A DNA stretch of 64,000 bases from Gnetum montanum. Its lineage: Eukaryota > Plantae > Gnetophyta. Under the pieces are notes generated by a model that saw nothing but the letters and a program-made list of their open reading frames with translations, was not told the origin of the DNA and ran no database searches. Both the position numbers and the translations under genes were made by a program. The stretch's first letter is position 1. The number at the start of each line of letters is the position of its first letter. Below, in pieces: positions 1 to 12,210 of this stretch. The stretch covers positions 32,020 through 96,019 of the forward strand of contig MNCI01003262.1 of NCBI GenBank assembly GCA_015680685.1, given 5' to 3'.

Positions 1-583
1 TGAGCACATACTTGCGTGCGGTAATAAAGACGAACTTTCTGATAAACCTTGCAGCATGTGGATTAAGCTAAATAGGATTTAATTACTATTGAGTGTTTAA
101 TTGCTTTCCTAGATAATTAATCTCTCTGCACCCTTATCTCCTAGTAATGCGGAATGAGTACGATTTAATCACGAGCATTTAAGTGTGACTACTTGGTAAC
201 CCAGTAGTGTACCTAGGATCTGCACTTGGTGATTCCAGTGGCAGTCGTACATGAAGTTCAGGATGTGTACGGATGATTAAGGTCAGATACTCATCGCACT
301 TAGGCTATATTAGACTCTCTTACCCTTTCCCTCTTAGCTTAGCTTAGTTAACCTTATTTTCCATTGCATCAGGAGTAGCATAGAGTTAGAACACATCATA
401 CACCTCATCTGGACTAAACCATACGTGACATATGCAATACTAGTCCAGGTGGGAAGACAGCGAACTGCGACCTAAGGCTAACTGTCTAGGTGCTACAACT
501 AGTCCATCTGCGGAGTTCGACCGGATCGCGCGTACACGCTTGTATTCATATGGTTGAGTGTAGGGGTACCTCGCCACTCATCA
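1..583 (+). mobile_element. Right part of a fold-back (long terminal inverted repeat) LTR/MITE-like element, copy 1
   Basis: Ends ...GGGGTACCTCGCCACTCATCA at 583. Bases 305-583 are the degenerate reverse complement of 2822-3068, while 1-330 is directly similar to about 3300-3530. Confidence 0.6.
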
Positions 584-2821
584 ATCACTAATAGTAAAGG
601 GTGAAGTTTTGGATCAAAAATTCAAAATTTTAACACCACTCACAACAAAGCTAAGGAACAAGTGTGAGCAAAAACTAGTTTATGTAGTTACCACTAAACC
701 AAAAGACACCTAGTGGCTTGAAAATGAGAATATAAAACTATTTCAAAGATGCATGAAAGTAACTGATTTCCTTATTAGTTCTAGACTTAAAAAATGAACC
801 AAATAGAGGACTTAGACACATATATCTTACACTCTGATTATACACTGGAAAATGCTATTAAACATGAAGACTCAAGAATTAAAACAAAAAATAAAGAAGA
901 AGAAGCAAACACATTTGAACCGCTTAAAATGGAAATACCTTCAACCCCAGATGAAGATATGTCTCCAAATGATCTAAATGAGACTATCACCAATGTTAAA
1001 TGTGCTACCATATGATTAATTAAATCAATAATGATGATAGATGGAAAACCAGTGGTGTATAACTAGGGGATTGTGCAGTCCATCTCCAGAATGCGCAGTC
1101 ATAAGATTAGTCATGGGGGAGATGCTCCATCCTGGTTCAAGAACTAATAAGTGTTTTTCACCCTTTTTTCTTTTACAATTTTTTATCATTTTCCTATTTC
1201 TTCTAAAATTTTTAGATTTTTCATATGTTTTCCATTTCTTTATATTTTTCTCTTTTCTTAAGTCATTTTCTTTATGTTTATGCATGTCTTTTATGTTTCT
1301 ATTAATAATATTGCCAAGTCATGATGCAAAAGTCAACACTATGTTTTGGCTTTTTGTGTTGGATTATCAAGATGATTGGGTAAGTCATTGTGTAAAGTAG
1401 TGAGACCACCTCATCCATCCCTACAGTTCTCTAAATAAAGGTCTTTGTCATGAAAGAAATTTGGTTCTTCTTTTATGAAACTAAAATTCATCAATGATCA
1501 TTGTACCTTGAAGAAACAGGAAATGTCCAAGTGGGAATGGCAAAGGGTGTCATCTTAAGGGAACTTGTTGGGTTCTCTTCTTAACTTCCTTCATGTGGTT
1601 TATGACTCTTCATGGAATGTATCATCACTCCTCCATTGACCAATATAAAGGAAGTTATGTCTTTGCACTTTATGGTTCCCATTTCAAAAAATATTTAAAA
1701 TTCAAAAAAAAAAGAAAAAGAAGGAAAAGACAAAAAATGAGAAGCAAAAAAACACAAAAAATAAAAAAAAACAAGAATGGGAATTCAAGGCACATCCTTT
1801 AGACACAATAATAGGCTACAAGCACTAGTTATGGGGTTGGAAACACATGTTACCCATGCTTGAAGGCTCCACTATAACTAAGGCCCTTCCTTTCTTCTTC
1901 TCTTTTTTTCTCTTTTTGGAGTGATGATTGTTCCTTGTGGTGGTTGTGGACTCATGTTGGTCGACAGGAAGGAACACATCAATGTGAGGTCACTGTAAAT
2001 GGTATGGAATTGGTTTGCAACTTGGACAGATAGGTATACTGGTCATTTTAATTACATTCTTCACAAGAACCTATTGTGGTCATGGTTAAGTACCTTACAT
2101 CCCAATCTTTGCAATCCCTTCTCATCCCATTATTCACCTCATTGCTACATGTGATTAATGGGATGAGAAGGATCATCTTCAACAAATTTTTGAATACCTC
2201 TACAAATTTTGTAATCTTCAATGTCGATCTAGTCTTTTTGTCACTTTGTCATTTTGTATGCATCTACTCGAATAAAATTTTGTAATGTGGCACTTAGAGT
2301 TAATCAATAATTAATGTCAGTCAACAATCCCATCATTGCCAATTTTTTGTAAAAAAAACTTGGTCCTATCTTGTTAACTTGAGGACTAGTTTTTATTCAG
2401 TCATGAGGGTATGATAAAACATCAATTGGCTATGCTGACGAGATCACGTCAGTGCAACCACTTCAACATAGCTACTTCAACATAACTACCTTGACGTAGT
2501 TGCATCGATGCAACCACTTTGATGTAGTTGCCTTAACATAGTTGCTTCGATGCAGTTGCTTTGATTGAATTATGATTATGTGGGTCATGGATTATTTAAC
2601 GGTATAACATAGGTATTATGGCATGGGCATGATAGTGGAGATGCATGGGATGTGCTGTAATGAATATATGATAGATTATGTCAGATTATGGATTTATCTA
2701 TGATTGTGTGATAGATCTTTGTCCTCTTCAATAATAATTTTGCAAGTGTTATGTGCATATGTATGTGTTCATGAGTTGCTCTTAGCATGCATAAGATGAA
2801 CAAGTAATGCAAGTTGCCCTA
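584..2821 (+). mobile_element. Degenerate 3' portion of an Athila-like Ty3/gypsy element (integrase tail, long 3' UTR, PPT, start of LTR)
   Basis: Integrase C-terminus-like remnant at about 590-780. TCATGGGGGAGATG at about 1111 is shared with the post-integrase region of the minus-strand element (about 6000-6013). A TTGAGGAC...ATGAGGGTA PPT-like motif at about 2380-2411 is followed by TGATAAAA. A degenerate 14-bp tandem array lies at 2450-2565. Confidence 0.45.
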
Positions 2822-3535
2822 TGATGAGTGGCGAGGTACCCCTACACTCAACCATACGAATATGAGCGTAGCACACGTGATTCGGTCAAACTTCGCAGAC
2901 TAAGTGCCTACATGCCTCATGGAACACTTAAGGTTAATTATTCATTGTCTTCCCAAACTTACTTGTAGTTGTCACGGTTGTATGGTTAAGTAAGTCTGAC
3001 GTAGATGATTTTTATGTGTTTTCAGTTTATCTCCTATGCTAATAAGGTGAAGGGTTGAAGAGACTAATTAACTAACTTTAACTAACTAACTAAGTCTGAA
3101 TTAACTTTATCTCATCTGCCCGTGATATCGCGTACGCGATATCACAGTCAGCCGCAATTTCTATAAATAAGAGGCGGCTCTCCCTCATTTGGATCCCAGT
3201 TTTAGAGTAGCAAAGCTCTGGCAGTTTGATCCCTCCAGAGTTAGATTTTTTTCCCGTGTCTGCCCGTAGTGTGGTCAATGTAATTGTACGGTGTCTTTAT
3301 TCGAGTGTGCCGTACTTGGACACGCACATGACCAGCAATAAAGATCGAGATTACTTCATCATTGCAGCATTCACTTAGTTTATTTATTTGTTTGTTTATT
3401 TAATGTTATTTATTTCTTTCATACTGCAGTGTGAGTACGACTTGATTACGAGCATCTACGGATGTGTGCGGCTAGTCAAGGAATCGGTTACTCATCGCGA
3501 TTATTCTCTCACCCTTAAACTCCTAGAAGCGAAAC
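2822..3535 (+). mobile_element. Fold-back LTR/MITE-like element, copy 2 (right end lost in N gap)
   Basis: Starts TGATGAGTGGCGAGGTACCCCTACACTCAACCAT. Contains a perfect 24-bp palindrome (3122-3145), a TATA box CTATAAATA at 3161 and AATAAA at about 3337. Confidence 0.6.
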
Positions 3536-4145
3536 NNNNNNNNNNNNNNNNNNNNNNNNNNNNNNNNNNNNNNNNNNNNNNNNNNNNNNNNNNNNNNNNN
3601 NNNNNNNNNNNNNNNNNNNNNNNNNNNNNNNNNNNNNNNNNNNNNNNNNNNNNNNNNNNNNNNNNNNNNNNNNNNNNNNNNNNNNNNNNNNNNNNNNNNN
3701 NNNNNNNNNNNNNNNNNNNNNNNNNNNNNNNNNNNNNNNNNNNNNNNNNNNNNNNNNNNNNNNNNNNNNNNNNNNNNNNNNNNNNNNNNNNNNNNNNNNN
3801 NNNNNNNNNNNNNNNNNNNNNNNNNNNNNNNNNNNNNNNNNNNNNNNNNNNNNNNNNNNNNNNNNNNNNNNNNNNNNNNNNNNNNNNNNNNNNNNNNNNN
3901 NNNNNNNNNNNNNNNNNNNNNNNNNNNNNNNNNNNNNNNNNNNNNNNNNNNNNNNNNNNNNNNNNNNNNNNNNNNNNNNNNNNNNNNNNNNNNNNNNNNN
4001 NNNNNNNNNNNNNNNNNNNNNNNNNNNNNNNNNNNNNNNNNNNNNNNNNNNNNNNNNNNNNNNNNNNNNNNNNNNNNNNNNNNNNNNNNNNNNNNNNNNN
4101 NNNNNNNNNNNNNNNNNNNNNNNNNNNNNNNNNNNNNNNNNNNNN

Positions 4146-7100
4146 NGAGTTCCTTACAAAATATTGGGAAGGTATGGGATTATTGACTCAAATGGAACTA
4201 ATGGGATGACATGTGAACGGATCATCATTACAAGACATGACAAAACTAGTGTTCATGACAACAAGAGTGAACACCTTATTCCATTGACATCAGGCCTTAT
4301 TTGGCAGCTGAGAAAGAGAGAGAGAAAGAAGTTTTGCTACTGCCAATGCCAAGATTGCGCCTTTTGTTGTCTATCCATAAGTGCGCCATTCGATCTTGCT
4401 TCTTGCATAGCTATTTTAGCACTGCTCCATTCCAAGTGTTCTATCTAGATCCAATCCATTGTTGCATGATTGCCATCTACACACACAACACAGTCTTAAT
4501 ATTAGCAAGGGTGAATGAATCATAATGCAGTTGATACCTTGCTTTGGTAAAAGGTCCATTGGCTGGGTTGTGGTATGGCTAATACAAGTCTAGAGATATC
4601 ATAATGGTGACTACCGAAGATGTAGGGGTTAGGAGAAAATTGAAAAAATTTGGGTATGGACCCCCATGACTAAGAGCGAACCTTCGGTAGCAAGAGAATG
4701 GAGAAAGAGAAAGAAAAAGAACAAGAAAGATGGAGAAAAAGAGACAACTATGACATTGATGAAATGGATGTCAAGATGGAAATGAACAAAATAAAATGGA
4801 TTGCAAAAATGTTAGGGAAAAGAATTTAACTGGTGCACCAAATAGGAATGCCAGTGGATCCTCCCCAAAGTAGGCTCATGCCCTTAATGCCCTGACAAGC
4901 CCACATTCAAAGAGTCTGTAGGCTCTGGGAATGTCATTTGGAACAAGAGTTAAAAAGTCTTAACCGCAAGAATTTACCAAAAAGAAAACAATGCATCAAC
5001 CAAAATATACACTAATGATACAATTGGTAATGAGGTGAACAATGGAGAGAAGGAGGGAGAGGAGAGAATGGAATGAATTCTCAAGAACAAGGTTGTGTAC
5101 AGCCCCTTGTGTATTTCATGATTAATGTGACTTAGTAGATCCCATTCCAAGTCTGGCCTCAACAAACCACTTCCAGTGACTTCGCATGAATACATTCGGC
5201 CAATCCATCTCGTTGAAGTAACAAGAATGCCTTCACCTAAGAGCCACCACCATTCCAACAAAACGAAGGAGGAGAGAATGGGAAGCGAGAAGGGCCTTAG
5301 TTAGAGGGAACAGTTTTATTTTAGTTCCATAACCAGTGCTTGTAGCCCAAATGATTATTCCGTCTAAGGGGTGTGCTTTGAATTCTCACTGTTTTTTTTT
5401 TTTTTTGCTTTTTATGTTTTATATGTTTATGCGTGAGAACCACACCATGCAAAGGCTTTGTTATTTTTATTTGCTCAGCTTTCCGATAATTGGGTAACGT
5501 TGAAGCAGTAGGAAAACTCAAGAAGAAAACATCCAAGCACCCAAGAGAATGACCAACACAATAGATCAAGTTCCCTTGAAGTTGCACCCTTTTCAATCCT
5601 GGAGTCCTTCCTTAGTTTGAGAAATGCCAAGTCACTAATTCATTATAGTTCTTATGAGAAAGGGACTATACATTTCCAAGCCGAGAGAAACCATAAAACT
5701 TGGTGGATGAATGGATGAAGTGGACTCATTGCCTACCATATCAAAAGAACCATACCTTAGTATCAACATCATCACTTAAAGGTAAAAACCAAACATTAGC
5801 AATCAATATAAAACAATTCATACCATCATAAAGAACACTTATTAAATGACAAACTTACAAGGTGGATAACACACACACACACAAAAGAAATGAAAAAGGT
5901 ATAAACGATGTTGTAAAACAAAAACAAGAAAATTTAAAGACATCTGTAAAACAAAAATTTAAAAGAAACTGAGGGCCTCGATGTATTAGCACAGGTGGCC
6001 ATCTCCCCCATGATTGAATGGAAAGGGAGAGATCTGAAATAAGGAGCATGGTTGTTTGCTATCAGAGGTGTGAGTTGCACTGGTTGTTCTGGGTTCATGG
6101 AAAGGTTTGGTTTGTTGCACATTGACCAGTAATCTCTTATCAGGGGTCTCAGGCTTGTATATTTTCATGCCTCCTAAGGGAAAGGTCGTATGGATAATGT
6201 AGGGTCCTTCCCACAATGTTTGAAATTTAGTACGTTGTGGTACATGCGCGGGGTTCTAGTAAAGGACCTTGTCTCCTCATTGGTACTTAACCTTTCGAAT
6301 TTTCAAGTCATGACATTGTTTGGTATGTGCCTTGTGTATCTCGTTTGATGACAGGGCAACCAATCGATTCTCTTCTAGCACATTTAGAGATGCCAATCTT
6401 TGTTTTTGTGCTAGATCGAGGTCAAGGTGGAGGTTACATTCCATGGATAGTGTACGGAGCTCAGTTTGAATTGGAAGTTTTGGAAGTCTTCCATACACTA
6501 ACTCATAGGGAGAGTAGCCTATAGGAAGTTTCCAAGTGGAGCGGTATGCCCAGAGAGCATCATTTAGTTTCATGCTCCAATCTCACCTAAATTTGCTAAT
6601 TGTTCTCGTTAATATTCTCGTAATCTCCCGATTGGTGACCTCGGCTTGGCCATTAGCTTGGGGGTGATAAGGTGTGGTCAATTTATGCTCAACCCCTAAG
6701 TGTTGCATCAACTTGTGAAAGGTTGCACCCGTAAAATGTGTTCCATTATCAGAGATGAGTGCATGTGGCATACCAAACCTATTTACGATTTGTTGTTGTA
6801 CAAATCATGTAGCTTTAGACGATGTGCAATCTATTACAGTAGTTGCTTCAGCCCATTTGGTTAAATAGTCAACAGCAACAATGATATAAGCTTTCCCATT
6901 GGACATCGGTGTAATAGGCCCCATAAAATCTATTCCCCAAGTGTCAAAGGATTCGAAGGGTTGAATCCATTATTGCGGACCCTCCATTCTAGTAGTCATT
7001 CCACCATCCCGTTGACAGTGCTCACAGGATTCGACAAATTGATGGGCATCCCGAAATAGCGTTGGCCAGTAATATCTTGCAAGCAGGATCTTAATGGCCA

Positions 7101-10100
7101 TGCGTCTCCCTGCATAGTAGCCCCCATAGGGACCTTCATGAGCATCCTGGAGAACTCTTAATTGATCCTCATCAGGCACACACCATCGAACCAAGCCATC
7201 AGGACAAACTTTATAAAGTTGTCCCTTGATTTCCATAAAGTACTTGGTTTTATGAAGAAACCGTTGCTTCTTCCTAAAGTCCAACCCCTATGGTATTTGT
7301 TGGGAAAGAAGATAAGTAAGAATGCTACTATACCAATTTGTTCCCGTGGGTTGGTTATTTATTACACCGGCAAAGAGGGTTTCATCAGGAAAATGATCAG
7401 ATACAGCATACTCGTCCTCTTTGCTGTCCCAGTGCAACCGAGATAAGTGATCTACGACTGCATTCTCGATGCCTTTGCGGTCTACTAATGTTAAATTGAA
7501 CTCTTGAAGGATTACCAACCAATGTATGATACGTGGGTTAACCGTTGGTTTGTTCATGAGGAACCTAATTGCACTATGATCCGTATGGATGTATACTTTG
7601 TAGCCCAATACATAGTGCCTAAATTTGTCCAGTGCAAACACTGCAGCCATTAATTCCTTTTCCATACTTGTGTAGTTGAGTTGTGCACCGGTGATACTTT
7701 TACTCGCACAATGGATGTAATAAGGGTGTTTGTGTTCATCTAACTGTGTTAGTATGGGTCCTAAGGTAGAATTAGATGCATTGGTCATTATATGAAATGG
7801 TCTGGACCAATCGAGGGCTTGTAGAATAAGGGTTTCCACAAGCCTTTATTTTAGGGTTTGGAATGCTCATTCACATTCCCTGGTCCATTCAAAGGGTGCA
7901 TATTTTTTTGTTAATTCTACCAACGGTTTGGCAATCTTGGAGAAGTTCTCAATGAATCTCCTGTAGTAGCCAGTGTGTCCAAGGAATGATCAGATGTCTT
8001 TGACCATTTCCGGTTGTCGAGTAATTCCTTGGATGACCTTAACTTTTCCAGGTCCACCTCTATTCCTTATTGTGAAATTTTATGCCCCAGTACTACGCCT
8101 TCTTGAAACATCAACTGGATTTTTTGCCAGTTGAGCTTTAGGTTGGTTTCAATGCACAGTTTCAGTACTTGCTCTAACTGGTCCAGGGCTTGATCAAAGC
8201 TTGTCCCATAAGTGGAGAAGTCATCCATAAAGACTTCTACTCCGTTACCTATTTGCTGTTGAAATATGCTTAGAACTAATCGTTGGAACGTGGTAGGGGC
8301 ATTACACAAGCCAAATGGCATTTGTTTATATGCAAACGTTCCCCAAGGACTGGTGAATGTTGTTTCAGCTTGGTCTTCTGGTGCGATTCGTATTTGGTTG
8401 TACCCACTATAACCATCCAGAAAACTGTAGTAGCGATGCCCCGCTATAGTGTCTAAGACTTGGTCAAAAAATGGCAATGGAAAGTGATCCTTGAATGTTG
8501 CCATATTTAATAGCCTAAAATCTATACATACCCTCCATTTGCCTCCTTTTTTTGAGATGATTACTAGAGGACTAACTCATTCGCTATCAGCAATGGGATA
8601 AATGAACTCAGCCCTGAGAAGTTGCTCTATTTCTTCTTTCACTATTTGTTTCCACTTCAGGTTCAATCGCCTCTGCGGTTGTTTTCGAGGCTTCATGGAG
8701 GGGTCTATGTAAATCCTATGCTGGCATATCCTAGGATCTTTTTCGGTTAATTCAGGGTATGACCAAGTAAAGGTGGTTGACCATTTATTTACCACCTTCA
8801 GAAAACACTCTTTTTGCTTGGGAGAAAGCTTTGCATTGATAATTACCGATCTTTCATTTTTAAGGGTCATGTATTCTAGACCGGTAGGCAACGATTTTAA
8901 ATCTAGGGGCTCTTGTTTAAATTCCTCAAGAATCTCCAACTTCCCCTAGTTAATGTTTTCAGAGTTAAGGGTTGGAAGTTGGCAACGAACTTGCTCAAGT
9001 GCGTCTGTGCTTTCAACGTAAGCACTAGTTATCCCCTCAGCTAGGTCCATGCATGTTATCGAGTTGCTCTCTTAAGTAGCCATCAACCACTAGGTGTTTT
9101 CTTATTGTGTGGTTGCTGCATATAGGCACTTTTGTATGTCAATATCTTGTGCACACCGATTTCATGCAGGTAATGTTAAACTTCGCATCATCCATGATTT
9201 CTGCACGTAATGGCACCCTGTGTCACTATATGCGATGCATGGAACTCTCTTCCTCTCAATCTTCCCAAAAGTATTTTTCTTGGATATTTCTAGAGAAAGA
9301 TTGCAGATTCCTAGGCATGCATCTATTGTACTCAGCCATGCCCTTCCCATTATTATCGGAAAATCCTCTTTGTCATTGTTTATTTGGATCACCAGGAAAT
9401 CAGCTGGGTATGACCAACCACCCACGGTGGTAAGAATGTCCTCAACCTATCCCAAAGGAATAGTGATGGACTGGTCAGCCAGCTCTAAGCGAATATTTCT
9501 CTTCTTGAGTGGAGGCAGGTTCCAGGTTTTATACATTTCTTGTGAAATTAAGTTGACTCCGGAGCCTGAGTCAAGAAGAGCCTTATGAGGTTCATTCCCA
9601 GTGACCTGAAGATAAATTAGGGGGCTCCCAGGATTAGATAATTTCTTGGGAATGTGGCATACCTTAATCTAGTCTGTTACGGTATGTGTTAACATAACCG
9701 TGTGCATTGGGCACGATTTTTTGTTTGAAGGGGGTCCCAAAACTTTATTTGGTATGGCAATGTTTTGATGTTCAACCGCTTGTGAGGTTGAGGGCTTAGT
9801 TGGATTGTTGGTCCTAAAGAAAAATCTTTTTGCCATAAAATTGTCAGGACCAATTAAGAATTGAGGATTGGAAGCCCTCGTGACATTGCGTTGTTGCGGT
9901 TGAGTGGGAAATACCCTTGGCATTGTTGGAGCGGTTGGTGGTGGAGCTATCAACGTGAGAGGTGCGGATGGATTTGGAGGATGGTATATATGTGGAGTGT
10001 CCCTTACGGGAGGGGAATTCTGATAATATTCCTGAACTAGGTAGTGATGTTGTGGAGTTGTGTAACCAATGGAGTCACTTGGAGAAATTGGCTGTTGCGC

Positions 10101-12210
10101 GTAGTAGCCATAAGGATTAGGTTAACGGTAAGGGTGTTGATGTTCAGGCGGTGGCATCCCCCATGACTATGGGTGTTGCCACTGCTAATGTTGTCCGATG
10201 GGTTGTGGTGGAGTTCCACTTGGATAGTACATCCACGGTTGGTGGAACTATCTTGGGTTACCTTGAGGATAAGGTAACCTTCAGGGTGTCTGCTGTCTGT
10301 TGAGTTTCAGGTTGAGTGCATACACCCCAGACTCTTGTAGATGTGAGATGATTGAACAACATCCCTTAGGATGGTCATATTGGCATATCTCACATCCACC
10401 GCCATTATCTGTGTTCGAATCCACAACCTCATCAGAGATAGTTATTTTCCCCTTACCCTTGTCACGTGCAGGGCCTAAATCTCTCCGCTTTTTCTTGTCC
10501 TTGTCACTACTTCGTTCCTCCTTAGACTCCTCTACGATTTTCAGAATAATTTCAATTTTACTGTCTAAGGAGCTCCATACTTCATCTACCTTAGCCGATA
10601 CTTCTGTTGTTAGCTTTTAAAGCGGCAAGGTTTTTCTGTTCACCAACTCTTCGAGTGATGACTCATCCTCTTCATCGCAAAATCTCACTCCCTTATTTCA
10701 AAGAGAGGGATCATAGTTATATTCCTCCGCGCTCTCTCTTTTTCGTAGCTCCCCTTCTTCTTTGGCTACTTGTTCCAACAATCGATGAATCTCATGGGAT
10801 CTAAGTTCTGATAGTCTCCCTTGGGCATAACTCCCAAGGGTTCTCCTAGTTTCATACCTTAGCCCATCTACAATGTGGTAGAGTTGATCTCGTTGTGCAT
10901 AACCATGGCCCGAGCAACGATGTAACAATGAATAGTAGCAGCCCATGGCAGCATCCAAGGGTTCATGAGTACCTTGCTTCCATCCTTGGATCTACTTACG
11001 CAAGTTAGACACTCTGGAGTACATATGATATTTATCGTTGAAGAGTTCTAACATCATACTCCATCTCCTAATGGTTTCCAGTTCTAAGGACCGGTACCAA
11101 CTCTCTGCTTCCTTGATGAGTGTCTTAGGAAATAACTTTAGTTTCTGCCACTTGTTTTCTATGTTTTGCAAGGCACAGGCATCATGAAATGCCTATAAAT
11201 GATTTTGTGGATCAGTGTTATATCCCCCTTCGAAGAGTGGGATGTTATTCATGTCTAAGCGCTTGATCCGGCTAACTTTTTGATGCCTTGTTGGGATTCT
11301 CACTGCCTCTGTGATATCTAGCATACTTCAGGTGGCAAGTAGGGGTTCATCATGATCATCTCTTTCATGATGTCTATGATGTCTACGTTGTTCCCTACTT
11401 TTCCTTCGTTCATGTCCTTGTCCTCGCTCTCGACTCTCTCGTCGAGGTCTCTCATTTTTTCTACCTCTATCCTCACCGTTATGCTCTCTATGACTACGCC
11501 CAGAGGTGGAAGGAGGGGGTGAATGATGTGATGAAGGGGAAGAAGAAGGAGAACCATCGCTATGACGATTTTTCCTACCTTCTCTTGCGTGGCTTCGGCC
11601 CCAATCGTGAAGACGATCTGAGTGCCCGTCCTTGTCATGTGTTGTTGTTCCCTCAGTGAACAGTTGGCATTCACAGGGATCAGAACCAGGGTTGTGTATT
11701 ATGGAGTGAAGGTTCTGATACCCCACCTCCTCACTATCATTAGGAGGGGAAACATCATTTGATGGAGAACCCATTATAAGTGGTTCACCATCTCCAATTT
11801 CACTTAGGACATGCGGGACCCCTTTGCCCTTCAACAGTGTATGGTGGCTCTCCTGCCTTGAGTCCCTTAGACATTGTGCAGCTGTGGGATGGTAATCCCT
11901 CATGTCAAAATCTGCCGCAACGTATTCAATGTATAATTCCATCATGCCTATCTATGCCAAAGCACGGAGAAGCATGTTGGGGACTACATGATCTGGAGGT
12001 AACACTATGTTACCTTGCAAGTCTCTCCAGCGCATTTGTTCATCCTGATGGAGAATAAAAGTAAAATTGGGTATATACTCATCAGGATGAGTATATACCA
12101 CCCTATATTGTTGAGGAACTGGCTGATTTTGGTTGTGTTTTAGATTGCCGAATATTTCTTGTATTATCCCTAGGTGGTGTAATGCTCTTATGAGAAGAAG
12201 AAGAAGACAT
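4146..12210 (-). mobile_element. Ty3/gypsy LTR retrotransposon (Athila-like, non-chromovirus), internal region with degenerate gag-pol
   Basis: Retrotrans_gag at about 10700-11300; protease ALLDSGSGVNLI at about 9550-9590; RT DHFPLPFFDQ..FLDGYSGYNQI..MPFGLCNAP..VFMDDFS (8067-8760); RNase H (7288-7839); integrase H2C2 and core (ISDNGTHF, YHPQANGQAE, WEGPY; 6060-7284). Domain order PR-RT-RH-INT, with many stops and frameshifts. LTRs were not identified. Confidence 0.93.

Noticed and set aside
2450-2565. Short repeated units resembling a CRISPR-like array (also 18220-18300 and 31760-31850)
   Set aside because: These are degenerate head-to-tail tandem repeats without unique spacers, in a eukaryotic TE context.
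3388-4209. 273-aa ORF
   Set aside because: It spans the N gap and is an artefact.
4146-5320. Possible env-like ORF downstream of gypsy pol
   Set aside because: Only short hydrophobic frames with many stops and no recognisable motif, so it cannot be supported.
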